From contig NW_021833503.1 of assembly GCF_006345805.1 (NCBI RefSeq), forward strand, positions 1 to 28,706: a DNA stretch of 28,706 bases. Reading direction: 5' to 3'. The translations under genes and the position numbers were made by a program. Position 1 is the stretch's first letter. The number at the start of each line of letters is the position of its first letter. The notes beneath the pieces are model-generated. The model did not search any database. It saw only the letters and a list, made by a program, of their open reading frames with translations, and had not been told where the DNA came from. Source of the stretch: Octopus sinensis (taxonomy: Eukaryota). Below are positions 1 to 12,329 of the stretch, one piece after another.

Positions 1-865
1 TTTCCATCATATTGGCTTGATAGTTCTGAGTCAATAAGCTCTGATCTTGAGCAGTCAAGATAAAGCCTTAGCACTCTGCTTTTAGCCTTGAGCTCCGTAG
101 TCACTAATGGGTGTGCTTCTGGTTTGCTACAAGCCACATATTTGCCATGCAGAGGTTTTTGTTCCCACCTATCAGCCTCTTTGCTTTGCCATTGATTTCA
201 TCTTCTTTGCAACTACAGTTACCGCACTTCCATCATGCTGTTCAATCTGAGTATAACGCACACAAGCAGATTTTTTGCATTCCATAACAGAATGAAGCTT
301 CTTACGTCTATCGTGGTTTTCAACGAGTTTTACCATTCAGCCGTTAGATGTTTCAAGATATTATTTGGCCAGTCCAGTTGTGGTGGTTTTGTAAGAGATT
401 TCGGCCGATCTGCGTCTACCATTGGGTGGTGCATCTTATTGCAAGTCAGCACCTTACGGATTTTCCTGTCAATCTGTCTTATTTCGCACATATTCCAGTT
501 TTGTAAATAACAACCGGAACTGCTAACACCTTGTTACGTGCATTTAACTCGAATTTTAGGATTACTCGAACTTTCCTGTAACATTCCTTCCTGATCTTCT
601 CTTTCATACTTACATGCTGAATGCCAGAGCCTTCATTTATTCCGGGGTATTTGTAAGTTGGTTCCTGCTCAAGTTCTTTTATGACTGTGTCAACATCCAA
701 CTCAACTGAATGTGAGGTCTTCAGTTTCCCCTTTCTGGAAAGTGACCTTGGCACATTTATCAAGACTAAATTCCATCCCAATGTCATCACTGAATGCTTT
801 GATAGTACGTAGCAATCCTTCAAGCTCATTATCGTCTTTGCCATAGAGTTTTAAGTCATGGGAAA
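1..865 (-). mobile_element. Decayed non-LTR retrotransposon fragment, R4/Dong-like RT (C-terminal RT/thumb and downstream region), 5'-truncated at the catalytic DD, runs off the window edge
   Basis: Minus-strand translation with frameshifts gives DLKLYGKDDNELEGLLRTIKAFSDDIGMEFSLDKCAK, then EQEPTYKYPGINEGSGIQHVSMKEKIRKECYRKVRVILKFELNARNK, then WEQKPLHGKY, then AQDQSLLTQNYQANMME. These motifs are characteristic of R4/Dong-clade ORFs (family assignment from recall). Confidence 0.8.
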
Positions 866-914
866 AATATTGTTCTGTTCCCAAAATTTGTATGTTTTCT
901 CCACGAGGATGGAT

Positions 915-1067
<153 letters not shown>

Positions 1068-1179
1068 GTTATTTCCATAGCTAATGTTCTTAACAGTACT
1101 GTAGCCTTGGTCAAATGAAGGCCAAAAAATAGGTACATAGCATCTGGAATGTCTCCAAGCGATTCCCACCCTCCACCAG

Positions 1180-1830
1180 AAGTATGGATAACTTACAGAA
1201 ATCTATATTCTTGCAGTGATAATGTGGGTGTTGCTAATTCGCAATAAACTCAGGAGCATGGAAGTGCTGTTAGCAGGACCAGTCTGAGATGCATACTGAG
1301 GGACAAAACTATACTGCCTGCAATCTTTAAATGTTCGAGGCCTTGTTGAATGGAGGAGTTTTGTCAAACAACCGTTAATCGCAGGTGGGACGAAACCGTC
1401 TCAGCCGAGTCAGTTGTAGAAATCTCCCATCACCTTCTTTTGGCCGAGAAAGGTAATACAATTTTCCTTTTTCTAGAAATATGGCAAAAGATCAACTTGA
1501 AAGGACGGAAGACAGACTCATTTCTCTTTGACCGAGCTTTCATCGACTTTCTCAAGTTTCATCTAGAAAGAAAAATGAAGGGAGAGTGGCAAATGATGCC
1601 ATCCAGTAAATCTTTTGAAAGCAGGTCAGAGAAGCTAAACCGGTGCGGGTAAATGGGCTTGCTCTGTGCATATGGTTATAAGTAGAAAGACGATAGCCAA
1701 AAAAGGGCGCCTTCCTTCGTTACCATGGTGATCCAGGTTTTTGTGGAGTATCTCTTAAATAGCCCTCAATAGTGACCACCCTATGGAGAATTTTATTTTT
1801 GTTGGAATTTTCTTGTTTTTTTTTTTCGAT
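1180..1830 (+). mobile_element. Decayed 3' end (C-terminal Cys-rich region plus 3' UTR) of an L1/Tx1-like LINE ORF2
   Basis: Frameshifted translation gives MDNLQKS...IRNKL..HGSAVSRTSLRC..DKTILPAIFKC..LSAESVV..FIDFLKFHLERKMK, followed by a T-rich tail at ~1795-1830. It resembles recalled C-termini of octopus Tx1-like ORF2 proteins. Confidence 0.6.
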
Positions 1831-1904
1831 TTTGTTATTCCTTATTGTTAGGAAACCCCAGCTACCACGTTCGCATTACTCGTGTGACAAGGGAAAGAAA
1901 TCAT

Positions 1905-2068
1905 GCCGAGCTTGCAAAACCATTACGGTGTCGGAATAATGCGTTGCAGGTATCTATTCTGATTCTTTAAATTCTGAGTTCAAATACTGCCATGATCAAC
2001 TTCGCCTTTCATTCTTTCAGGATTGATGAAATGAGAATACTTCCTTGTGCCTAAATCGGAAACAATTA
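1905..2068 (+). mobile_element. tRNA-derived SINE, degenerate and internally deleted
   Basis: B-box-like CTGAGTTCAAATAC followed by ...TTCGCCTTTCATTCTTTCAGG...; tail CCTTGTGCCTAAATCGGAAAC runs into (ATT/ATC)n. A related antisense copy lies at 11140-11215. Confidence 0.7.
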
Positions 2069-2193
2069 CTATCATCATTGTCATCATCATTATCATTATC
2101 GTGATGGTCACGACCGTGATGCTTTGTTGTTGTCTTCTTCTTCTTCTTCTTCTTCTTCTTCTTCTTCTTCTTCTCTGTCTGTGTGCCTGTCTG

Positions 2194-2227
<34 letters not shown>

Positions 2228-2240
2228 CCTCTCCCTCTCC
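2069..2240. repeat. Compound microsatellite (ATC/ATT)-(GTT)-(CTT)n-(CTGT)-(CT)n
   Basis: Directly visible. Confidence 0.95.
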
Positions 2241-2419
2241 ACCACACGCGATAGACTGGCGGTTGCACGGGCGCAAAAGCTACGTTGTTATCCTCATTCC
2301 GTATACGGTGACTTTTAACGGGTGGAGAGCTGAACCATCCAGAGGGTACAGAGAATTCGCAATCTAAAGTAGGGTCTGAAAGTTTACCACACCATAGTGG
2401 GTTACACCATGGTTCCTCT

Positions 2420-2624
2420 GCTTTGTGGTAGAAGTAGGAAGAAAGAGTGAGAGAAACTTGTGGCGAAAGAGGACAGGTGAGTTCACCACCTCTCCCCGCC
2501 GGAGCTTCGTGGAGCTTAGCTGTTTTTTCTCAATAAATACTCACAATACCCGGTCTGGGAATCGAAACCGCGTTCTTACGATCGCGAGTCCGCTGCCCTA
2601 ACCACTGGGCCATTGCGTCTCCAC
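2420..2624 (-). mobile_element. tRNA-derived SINE 5' portion (second family)
   Basis: Minus strand starts GTGGAGACGCAATGGCCCAGTGGTTAGGGCAGCGGACTCGCGATCGTAAGAACGCGGTTTCGATTCCCAGACCGGG, with clear Pol III A-box (TGGCCCAGTGG) and B-box (GGTTTCGATTCCC) followed by a non-tRNA body. Confidence 0.8.
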
Positions 2625-2657
2625 TGTTGATGTTGGAGGTAATGGTGGTTTTGTTGT

Positions 2658-2659
2658 TG

Positions 2660-2698
<39 letters not shown>

Positions 2699-2850
2699 AC
2701 AGCAGCAGCAGCAGCGCAACAGCATTAGTAGTTTCAATATTTGTTATTGCCAATGTAATCATCGTCCCTCGTCTTTAGTAATGTAAAAATGTAATGAAAA
2801 CAGTCTTGTCGTATCTGAAGACATTTTGCTCTAAAGATACGTGGGAGGGG

Positions 2851-2893
<43 letters not shown>

Positions 2894-2945
2894 TGAGAGA
2901 TAAAGAGAGGATAGAGAGAGGTATATATATATATATAGATAGACA
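2658..2945. repeat. Microsatellites (GTA)n/(GCA)n at 2658-2715 and (GA)n/(TA)n at ~2848-2945
   Basis: Directly visible. Confidence 0.9.
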
Positions 2946-3329
2946 GAGAGGTGACTTGGGAAGAAAGTGAATGCGGGGGTGAAATATAAAGTACGAAAGA
3001 TGTTATTAGTTTTGAAGTGACCAATCACGGATTATGTTGAGAAAGAGTATTAATGGAGTGATTGTCTGTCGGTTGACACCAAGTATAAAGTTGTATATCA
3101 AACGTTGAGATAGTAATCAAATATACTGTACGACTGTAGCATACAAGTGTTTTTAGCTTCGGCCGTAGTATTTAGGCAAGCGATCAAAACTCATAGTAGT
3201 TTTCACTGGTCAGAAGAAAAGCATGATTGATGTATGTTAAATAAAGCATCTCATAGCTGGGTTAGTAGTCTATTTCAAGTGATTGCTAGAAAGAAATTAG
3301 GTACTTCGTTGTTCTGTAGAAAATGAGAG

Positions 3330-3688
3330 ATACGGAGGGGGACAGAAATGTAGGTAGAGAGGCGAAGATAGAAGGAGTGAAAGAGTGTTTGTTAGTGGGA
3401 CAAAGAGAGTGAAAGACACAAGAAGAGAGATAGATAGATAGGGAGAGAGAGAGAGAGAAGAGATAAAGAGAATTCTAGAAACAGAGACAAAAGAATGTGC
3501 GAGGAGGAGAGGGAGATGGAATGGGAGAGAAAGTAAGTGATAGAGAGAGAAGCAAATCGATACAAACGAAGAAACAAAAGAGCGTCATAAAGACAGTGAG
3601 GAAGGAGAAAAGGCAACAAAAGAAAGTGTGTGTGTGTGTGCGTGTGTATGTGCGTGCGTGTGTGTGCCTTAGAAATGCTCGTGCAAGT

Positions 3689-3720
<32 letters not shown>

Positions 3721-3970
3721 GAAGGCAGGAAAAAAGGAGAGAGAGAGCCAGTGATGAAGGTACAAAGGGAAGCAGAGTGATACAGAGACGAAGACGTAGA
3801 GACGGAAAGAACTTGTGTAAAATAGAAACTAAGAAGCAGAGAGGGAGAGAGAAAGAAAGAGAGAGACTAAGTGAGAAAGATAGACTGAGAGAGAATAGAG
3901 AGTGAGAGGGGGTAAGTTAGTGATGGAGCAAGAATAAAAGCGTTTGTGTGTGTGTGTGTGTGTGTGTGTG
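3330..3970. repeat. Degenerate GA-rich low-complexity tract with (GT)n and (GA)n runs
   Basis: Purine-rich plus strand with interrupted GA, GATA and GACA runs. Confidence 0.85.
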
Positions 3971-4287
3971 GCGGAGGTAGCAGTGGGGGAGCGCATTTAG
4001 AATGGGAGGGAAAGTTAAATAAGGACTTTGTTTATTAACTTTTCCAGAAAGGAAGGGAACAGAGTCCTTTTCCTAAAGAACGTTTCTCTTTAATGTTTAG
4101 GAAGGAAATCATTGAAGTCGTTCTCTGAATGAGAGCATTAAAAATGGATATTTATGTAAACACACCAATGGCATTATTATTAAATGCACTGGTGACAATA
4201 AAAAGGTAATGGGTTGTAGTAGTAGTAGTAGTAGCAGCAGCAGCATGAGTAGCAGTAACAGTGTTATAAAGTGGGATTGTATGGGTT

Positions 4288-4380
4288 GGGCACCGGACGA
4301 ATAGTTTCGCGGCATTTTACTACATCACTGTTTGGTCTGAGTTCGAATTCCATCGTATCCGGCATTGCCTTTCGTCCAGT
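4288..4380 (+). mobile_element. Highly degenerate SINE head, same family as 1905-2068
   Basis: CTGAGTTCGAATTCC B-box followed by ...TTGCCTTTCGTCC. Confidence 0.5.
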
Positions 4381-5259
4381 GCCATGCAATGCTGAATCTT
4401 GTATTTTTTGTTGTTCATCATCTTCAAAGGCGTTCCAGTCGTGCCATTTCTATCATTTAGGAATATTTACTATTACGTTATCAAATATATCCAATCCATT
4501 TCTACAACAGTAGAATGTTATTTCACAGTTGTTTTTAGCAGGTCAAGTGAACAAGTAAAGGCCGTTTTGTTGCTTCAAGCAAATTTATTGACTGACAACC
4601 TTTTTGGTTAAGTCACTATTGTTAACTCAGATTTCTTTCTAGCTTGATGCTTCAAAAGTATGGAGAGGCAGCCGATTCTAGTCCAAGTTCGTCATAGAAC
4701 AGGTCAGGGCTCAGAATAATGGTGCCGATATTACTCAGCTGAACACCTCTGCAATTCTTCTAGTGAAAAAAGAAAAATGTCAGACCTCATATACAGGAAG
4801 AGTGAGGATGCGATAATAGTTGAAGTGTAGAACTTGAGACCAAGTAAATCGCATGCAGTATCATCAATCATTAAATGGCAAGAGAAGGTGACTAACAAAA
4901 ACAGCAACGCTGACGAAACAACCACAAGAAAATCGCACATGCATATTCCCCAAATTGATTTTTCTCCTTTCGGGAGAACGCCGAGTGTTGTTGGAATGTA
5001 TAAAACAAAATTCCAAATGGAGGACGTGGATAAGATTCTACTCCCAAGGTGACAAATGCTAGTCTTCTGATGACCGTACTAGATTATGTTATCTTTTACT
5101 ATGGGGAGGTTCCTGTTTGACGCGAAATCTTTACAAGTTGAAGCGACTCTTAAAATATAGCAAAGTCTTTAGAAAACGCAGAAAACTGGATTGATCGAAT
5201 TGTCCAGATCCAGATGAAGGAATTCTTTTACATTTATTTCGTATAGAATACAAATATTG

Positions 5260-6130
5260 AGGACAGTGATGTAAATGTGTGTTGCCTGATAAGGCTTGGA
5301 AGCAAAGTCACTTGTATTGAGCATCAGATCATCAGATATGAATGTGATAGCCATCAACGAGACAGATAAAATGGGGACTATTTTGGGAACTAAATGCGTC
5401 AGTCCAAGCGCGGAAACCTGCGGGGATCAGATTTAGTGTAATAGCTATGGAGGAATCGAAGTGAACAATCGGCAACAAACAGTAGTTGGTAGATCTCTCT
5501 AAGTAGGTTCATTACAGGTGAAGGAACAGGATAGAGTCAAGAAGTAACAATAGAAAACAGATGAAATGGGAAGCTTGTCAGCAATTTATAACAAACGGCA
5601 TCCTGATTGAAGTACTGGAGGTGAATATGACATTTGAATGACAACGAATGCGGTGTGAGAGCTAAGATGCATGTTCATAGAGATAAGGGAGCAAATGCCG
5701 TTCGATGGGAATAGGAAGGAGAGGTTTGCTGTAGCAAGGAAAAACTTATCTGCATCTTTGACAGACAACGATTAGTACGTCCTATTTCATTTGATGTGCG
5801 ATTTTTCTGCCGCAGTTTGTCTGATTGTTTGGGCGTAGAGGGCGGGCTGAAGACGATGAACTTTATTCTCTACCTATAAGTCGGCCGAAGTATGATGTGT
5901 TACGAAGCACTGAGGTATGCTCTGCCAGGTGTGATTCTGTTCGTTTGTTCTGTGACATTAATGGATACATGTCAAACTTATTCGCTCCTCTCGTGACAGA
6001 CATTTATCATAACTGACAGCAGAGTAGAAAATTTCTCATTCGTATTAAGCGGGCTCTTATGGCACTGCTAAGGAAGGCGCGAAGGAACATTTTGGACAAT
6101 TCTGGTCCTTGATTTTACTAAATGCAGATT
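5260..6130 (+). mobile_element. Heavily decayed APE endonuclease region of an L1/Tx1-like LINE; possible ORF1 remnant upstream (~4780-5050)
   Basis: Colinear remnants VNVCCL, WKQSHL and IRSSDMNVIAINET (5270-5365) match ENARGL..*KQGYLLNDIKSHKLEIITISET of the element at 27053. A GGTCCTTGAT..ACTAAATGCA remnant of GPGYWKLNA lies at ~6103-6125. Confidence 0.5.
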
Positions 6131-7686
6131 TAAAACTTGGGACATAATAATTGTAAAAAGATTAATACCTGTTTTCTATAGTATACTATAGAGAGTTCTT
6201 CCTTTTGCAGTTACCGAAAGGTCTGTCCTCGAAAGCCTCCTTTGCATACGATACATTGTAGGGAGGGTGAGTGATAAACCTGGTTTCGTTGAGTTTCTGA
6301 CTTATTTTTGTGTCACTCCAAGATTTCAGCCTTGGAGAATTCTTTCCCACTTTCTCTTATAGAATTGGTCTTAATCGCCTTTTGATAATTGTAACGAATC
6401 TTCTAGAGGCAGAGACAATGTTCATAAATCAATAATTTATGATGTTCAAATACATGCCTCTCCAATCTGAGTAATTTCTCTTAACTCATTTTTTTGTTTA
6501 ATATATACACACACACATACACACGCGCACTCACACACATATAACACACTCACATATAACCACCCAACACCCATATATGTATATACACACACACACATAC
6601 GCCACACGTCACATTCGTGTGTGTTGTTCAATAACAGAAAACGAAAAACAGTAAAAATGTTATTTTCTTTGTCTTCTTTAAGTTTGGCTTCAAACTATAA
6701 AAAGTTTGGTTCTGAATTTCATAAAAGATAGCAAGCAGATTAACGTCAGTTATATCTCACAGCAAATAATGATTTATTTAGATGTTTATGGATAAAAATA
6801 TACAAGTTTCTTTCACATTTCATTTTCCTTGGTCAATGAACAGAAAGAAAGGTAGAAACTGCTGATTCGTTGGTTATCAAAACAAAAATACGAGAAAAAC
6901 AAATTAGCAGACTGAACGAAATTGAGTTTCTTTTTATAGAAATGTGGAGTAAGCATTGTTGAGCGTGTGGCAAGTCAAATGTATATGCCGTCGTGCTGCA
7001 GTTTCTGTGTTTCAATGAAGCGAGTGTGTTTCCATCGTATTAATCCCCACCTGTATGACCTGTAAGATGCCTTGAAGGCCGACGGACGAATTTCTCGGCG
7101 TTGTATTTCTTTGCTTTCATTATGTGGTTATTTTCTTTTTCCAAAATATAAGACTTTTATACCTGAAATGTTAAACCAGTTCAACATTGCAAGAAGCGAC
7201 GTTATAAAAATAACTACCAATCCGCTTGAGATGGTAAGACGAAATCCCTTCAAGCATGTCCCAAGTGCTGAGCTCCACCATTTTGACAGTGCCTGTGCTA
7301 TTCGATGGATTTCATCATGTGGCACTCACAAACTCACGGGAATGAAGAACGAAGATGTTTAGAATTGAATGCCAATTATATAAATGAAACAGAGTTTGTG
7401 TAAGTAGCCAGTAATCAGTGTTTACTCTGGTTTCCTCAGATATATGAGTTCAGGGATCGATTACCTCTTTTCGTTGCTAAAAAATTAAATAAGTGAAATA
7501 AAATAGAATAAAATAAAATAATAAAATGGAGTAGCTTTAATGTATTATAATCCACGCCAGACAAGAATCTTGCCTCTTATTGCCTGTTAAAAACAGAGAA
7601 TATTACTTAAGAGGGGGAAAGGGTGGTAAATTTTCTTACAAGATACTGCTGAAGAATAAAAAAATAACCTTCAAGAACAACAACAG

Positions 7687-7689
<3 letters not shown>

Positions 7690-7742
<53 letters not shown>

Positions 7743-7800
7743 TAATAATAATAATAATAATAATAATATAATAATAATAGTAATAATAATAAATAATGAT
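7690..7800. repeat. (AAT)n microsatellite
   Basis: Directly visible. Confidence 0.95.
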
Positions 7801-8061
7801 AAGGATTTCAATAATATAATAATATAATTATGAAAAAGGAACAGTAACAATACTTCATTAAATTTACTTTCACTTTCATTTTCGACTTAAATGTTCCTTG
7901 ATATAGAAGTTGAAGAACTGGTAACTATAACGATACTACTTTTATTGACACAACACCATAAGGATATATTTTAACAAATAACATTTTATATTTATTTTTT
8001 TAATTTTCTATTTTATATCTTATATCTGCTGGCTGCGAAAATAAATCATTTCAGCCTGTAT

Positions 8062-8069
<8 letters not shown>

Positions 8070-8117
<48 letters not shown>

Positions 8118-8363
8118 GATAATAAAATAAATTAAAAAAATTTGAAAAATAAAAATTGCACATGGTGAAGATATTGCAAAAACTTCAAAGTATTCACCTT
8201 GTCTTTCTTTTAACTTATGACGTAATACATTTTTTTTTGTCTTCCTATATCGCTACATCTTTTGCAACGACGGTTCTTATTTCTGCAAACATAAATCTCA
8301 AAGCTGAAAACTCACGTCAAAAGATATGCATCTCCCCACTCCACAAAAAAAAAATATATATAT

Positions 8364-8430
<67 letters not shown>
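8070..8430. repeat. (TA)n at ~8070-8113 and (GA)n at ~8362-8430
   Basis: Directly visible. Confidence 0.9.
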
Positions 8431-8435
<5 letters not shown>

Positions 8436-8899
8436 GACAGCAAACAGCAAGTCATATTGATTGTAATAGCGAAAATTCTGATGTGGCAAAATAGGAAAAA
8501 TATATATACAATAATATAATAAATAGATAAATAAATAAGAAAATAATAACATTAACATCTTATTTTAAATCTAAATGAAAATAACAAAAGTTACCGAAAT
8601 TTTGTTTTGCTTTGTTTTCATTATTTTTCTGCTTTTGCTATTTTTTTTATTATTATTAATATTTTTTCATAATAATTGACTAAAGGGAATAAGAGAGAAA
8701 GTATTTTTATGAGATGTCTAAATATCATGCATTAGTCAGGTATAAGACGGTTCAATATGCATACGAAATAAATGAATCATTCAAAAGAAAAGAAAAAAAT
8801 GATAAACATAGTGAAAAGAAACAAAAATAGCTAAAATAGCAATATTCGGTAGCATATTAATATAATACAATTGAGTAATATTTCCATATTTTGAACTAT

Positions 8900-9760
8900 C
8901 CTAATTCACAACACCACGACACTACTAAGATTATAGTTAGCGCACCAGCACTACCTAACAACGCTTCCACACAAAACACAAAGAAACAGCTCAAATCTTT
9001 ACACACTACGACATCAACATGCAACGCTACAATATGCGACAACAGTCACCCAATACACATAGAAAGACGCTACACTGTGTAACACACCTACAACACAAAG
9101 CAGCGCAATCATATCACCACAAGCAGAACAACAACAACAGTACAACACAACACATTCATAGAACCATACATTGCAGTACAGCCAGGATACAACTAAACGT
9201 AATGCAACACAGCGAATACTACTATCACAGCACCAACAATTTAACGTAGTACAACGTATGGTATTGGTATAATGTATGGTAATGTTGATGGTTAGTATTG
9301 GTGTGTATTGCATGGCAGTGTTGGTGTTGCTTGTGGTAGTGCTAATGTATGGTGTATGTTGGTGTGTTGTGTATACTGGTTGGGTGTATGACGGTGTTGA
9401 TATTTGGTGTACGGCAGTGTTGCTGCAGTGTATATATTATAAAATTTTCTAGATGTGTGATATATGGTATTATTGCTGTGTGACCTATAGTCGTCTGGGT
9501 GTATTGTGTATGATAGTTATATAGCGACGAGTTGCAGTGTATGGTAGTTAACGTATAATAGTGCTGGTGTAGCGTTTGGTTATATTATTTGTGTCAAATA
9601 TAGTGAAACAATGCTACCATACAGCACACACAATACGAACTTAAACCACCCCTAGTATTACCATACACCTTATAATGCTAAAAATACTACGATGTACCAC
9701 ACCTACACTTCTATGAACCAGACCAGTAATACCTACTATAAACCAGGGCATCCCTGTAAT
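8900..9760. repeat. Degenerate low-complexity satellite (ACCAT/ACAAC-like units) with an inverted middle block
   Basis: A/C-rich 8900-9250, G/T-rich 9255-9600, A/C-rich again 9605-9760; short exact inverted matches between blocks. Confidence 0.6.
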
Positions 9761-10554
9761 ACTCAGCTCAGTTTAATTTAAAATGAAGTTTAAATTCAAA
9801 TTTACTTTTGAATCTCCAGTTAATATATTTACCCTTGGAAGTTTTGAATATATTCCATTCAAGAATTATGAATATTCCATATGTTACGCTTCTATTTATT
9901 ATTTAGACAAGTATGTAAAAATAATTAATAGTGATGACTATCGATCTTTGTAAATCAATTCAATCTACTGAGGTTGTCTTCCCACCTTTGTGGATTAGAA
10001 TTAGTCATTTTAAAAATGATGTTTTGTTTTTTGCTTTTTTTTTTATCACTAAACTGTACCATTAATATAACTTCGTAGCTTATTGTGGTTAACAGTGATA
10101 ACAACTTATAACCGTTGAAACTGAGAAGAGTATTTCAGCATCAAAAGTTTGGTGACAACGTTCTACAGCCACAATATTTAATTTCATGTTTTGCTGCCTC
10201 CGAAAGCCAGTTCTAATTAAGAACGATGTGTTTTACTCGCCACACTCTCACAAATAAAAAAAAATTAAAAAAACAAAAACAACAATAATTGATATATTCT
10301 CTTGGAAGTCAGGTGCGCGAGTTTCATTATCCCGAGTTTGCTCAAACATTCCATCGCCACCCATTGCCGTCATTCGCAACATGCTTTCGCTAATTATTTT
10401 AGGTGCTTATGTTAGTGGATACCAGACATAGGCACCCCATCACCACCACCACCACTGAAGCATTGCCACCTTTCAACAATGATGCGACAGATGGAAGGAG
10501 ACAGAAGAGAACCAGCAGCAGCAGCTATCACTAGGCTGATATTCATTTACATGA

Positions 10555-10655
10555 AATGAATTGTCTTGCTGAAGGGCACGAACGTGCCACCCGGTCAATG
10601 AACTTAACCCACAACTTTCTGACCTTCAGCCCAACATGCTAACTACCAGCCCACG
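10555..10655 (-). mobile_element. Degenerate tRNA-derived SINE head
   Basis: Minus strand GCGTGGGCTGGTAGTTAGCATGTTGGGCTGAAGGTCAGAAAGTTGTGGGTTAAGTTCATTGACCGGG...CAGCAAGACA has tRNA-like A/B-box spacing. Confidence 0.5.
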
Positions 10656-11139
10656 CACATCCACAAACAAATGCGCGTGTAACAACGGCTCCTCACAAAG
10701 AAAGGTTAACCTCTCAGAGTTATTAAAAGAAAACAAACAATACCAGGTCAAATGACAAAATTTTGTACATAATTATGTATAAAAATTAGGATAATTAAAT
10801 ATTTACTTAATAGTAATCAATTACTTGATAGTGCAGTTCTTTAATTATGGTCAAAGGTAGCTATAAGACTGTGATTAGCTTTCAGAAGCAACTCTCAATA
10901 GCAATTTTAATATATTTACACACGAGGGAGTACTATATTTCAAACTTAGTGCTTTGTAGTGTGTATGTTTCTGTGTGTGTATGTTTCTGTGTGTGTGTGT
11001 GTGTGTGTATGTGTGTGTGTATGTGTGTGTGTCTGTCTGTCTGTCTGTGTGTATTGTGTATATGTACCTATACATACTTATATCTAATACAGGCACAAGG
11101 TGTGGGATTTGAGGTAGAGACAACGGCCAGTTAAATAGT

Positions 11140-11215
11140 CACCAATATTACGTTTTAATGTATCGACATGGGAGGGATGAAAGGCAAAGTTAACCTCGGC
11201 AGGATTTGAACTCAG
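11140..11215 (-). mobile_element. SINE fragment, same family as 1905-2068
   Basis: Plus strand GGATGAAAGGCAAAGTTAACCTCGGCAGGATTTGAACTCAG is the reverse complement of the B-box plus core segment. Confidence 0.75.
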
Positions 11216-11374
11216 ACATAAGAAGAAACGTGCGTGAGCGTGTGCGCGCGCATGTTCGCGTATGTATATGTGTGTTTATGTGTGTTTGTGTATATGTGTG
11301 TCTTTGTGCGTGCGTGAGCCGGGTCCGCATGCACAAAACATACAGGGTTCTATACATATTTTATTCTACAAATT

Positions 11375-11492
11375 CACTCAGACGTTAAGCTCTAATAGAA
11401 GACCTTTGCTCAAGGTATTATGAGGCAGAATCCAACCCAGGACTACATGGTTTCGAAGCGGAGTCTTTAAGCACTCAACCATGGCTTCGCCA
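11375..11492 (-). mobile_element. Degenerate SINE head, family of 14561-14975
   Basis: CAAATTCACTCA...TAATAGAAGACCTTTGCTCAAGG...AACCCAGGACTACATGG aligns loosely to the antisense head of the 14561 SINE. Confidence 0.55.
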
Positions 11493-12019
11493 ATATTACT
11501 ATCGATTTGCTTTTAGAATCCCGTTTCAGTGGCCCCTGCTATATTTTGTTCACGAAGATCATGGGTTCAAATATAACCAATACGAATGTTTCCCCTGATA
11601 TGAAAATTAAGATATAATATATTAAGTTTTGTTAAATCTTTACAAAGGTAGTTGTACAGTAGCATAATAATATTATTGAGTGCTTTCAAATTCAGTCTGT
11701 AGTTAAGGTTGTTTATTTCTTAACGCAGGGTGAAAATTTATCGATAGCAACTTTCATAATAAAAGCGGCAAAAAATGTATAACAAAGAATATAGTTTTCA
11801 AAGATGTGCTCACTTATAACTACTTACTCAGCACTACCTATGTCAAGTTTTACAGCATCAAAAGAGTTAGGTGTTTCGGAAAAACTAATACTTCAAAAGA
11901 GCCCATATACTTCGTGGTCCCGCATAAACTTAAAATCACATTAGAAATTTCAAAATAACCGTGAAATTTCTATATATACGCAACGAGTGAGTATGTATGT
12001 ATGTATGAATGAATGTATG

Positions 12020-12063
<44 letters not shown>

Positions 12064-12329
12064 CGCGCGTGTGTGTGTACGTAAATATCGAACGATGAAA
12101 ATGAGTGCTCAACACCGCATTGGTGGTTAGAATTTCATTATTTCTATATTAAGGCTAGTATTGGTTTCATGTTAAGAAAAATATCTTAATATCTTAACAA
12201 CTTTTCAAGCCGTTCTCTAATTTGAATAAAAACACAAAGTCTCGTACAATTCGCTGAGATTTTCGTTAAGAAAACATTAAATCAAAGAGCGCTACTCTTG
12301 GATGACATCTTTTGAGTGGTAATATCCCT

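Noticed and set aside
2545-2624. tRNA-like sequence with A and B boxes
   Set aside because: It continues into a SINE body, so it is a SINE head rather than a tRNA gene.
7030-7370. More balanced-composition stretch with ORFs on both strands and a minus-strand CAG|GTATAA donor-like site
   Set aside because: No recognisable protein motif and no consistent acceptor-donor frame.
12252-12291. Possible hammerhead remnant on the minus strand at the Penelope 3' end (CGCT/AGCG stem, GAAA, UC)
   Set aside because: The core reads CUUUGA rather than CUGANGA and stem II is weak and AT-only; position is suggestive but support is insufficient.
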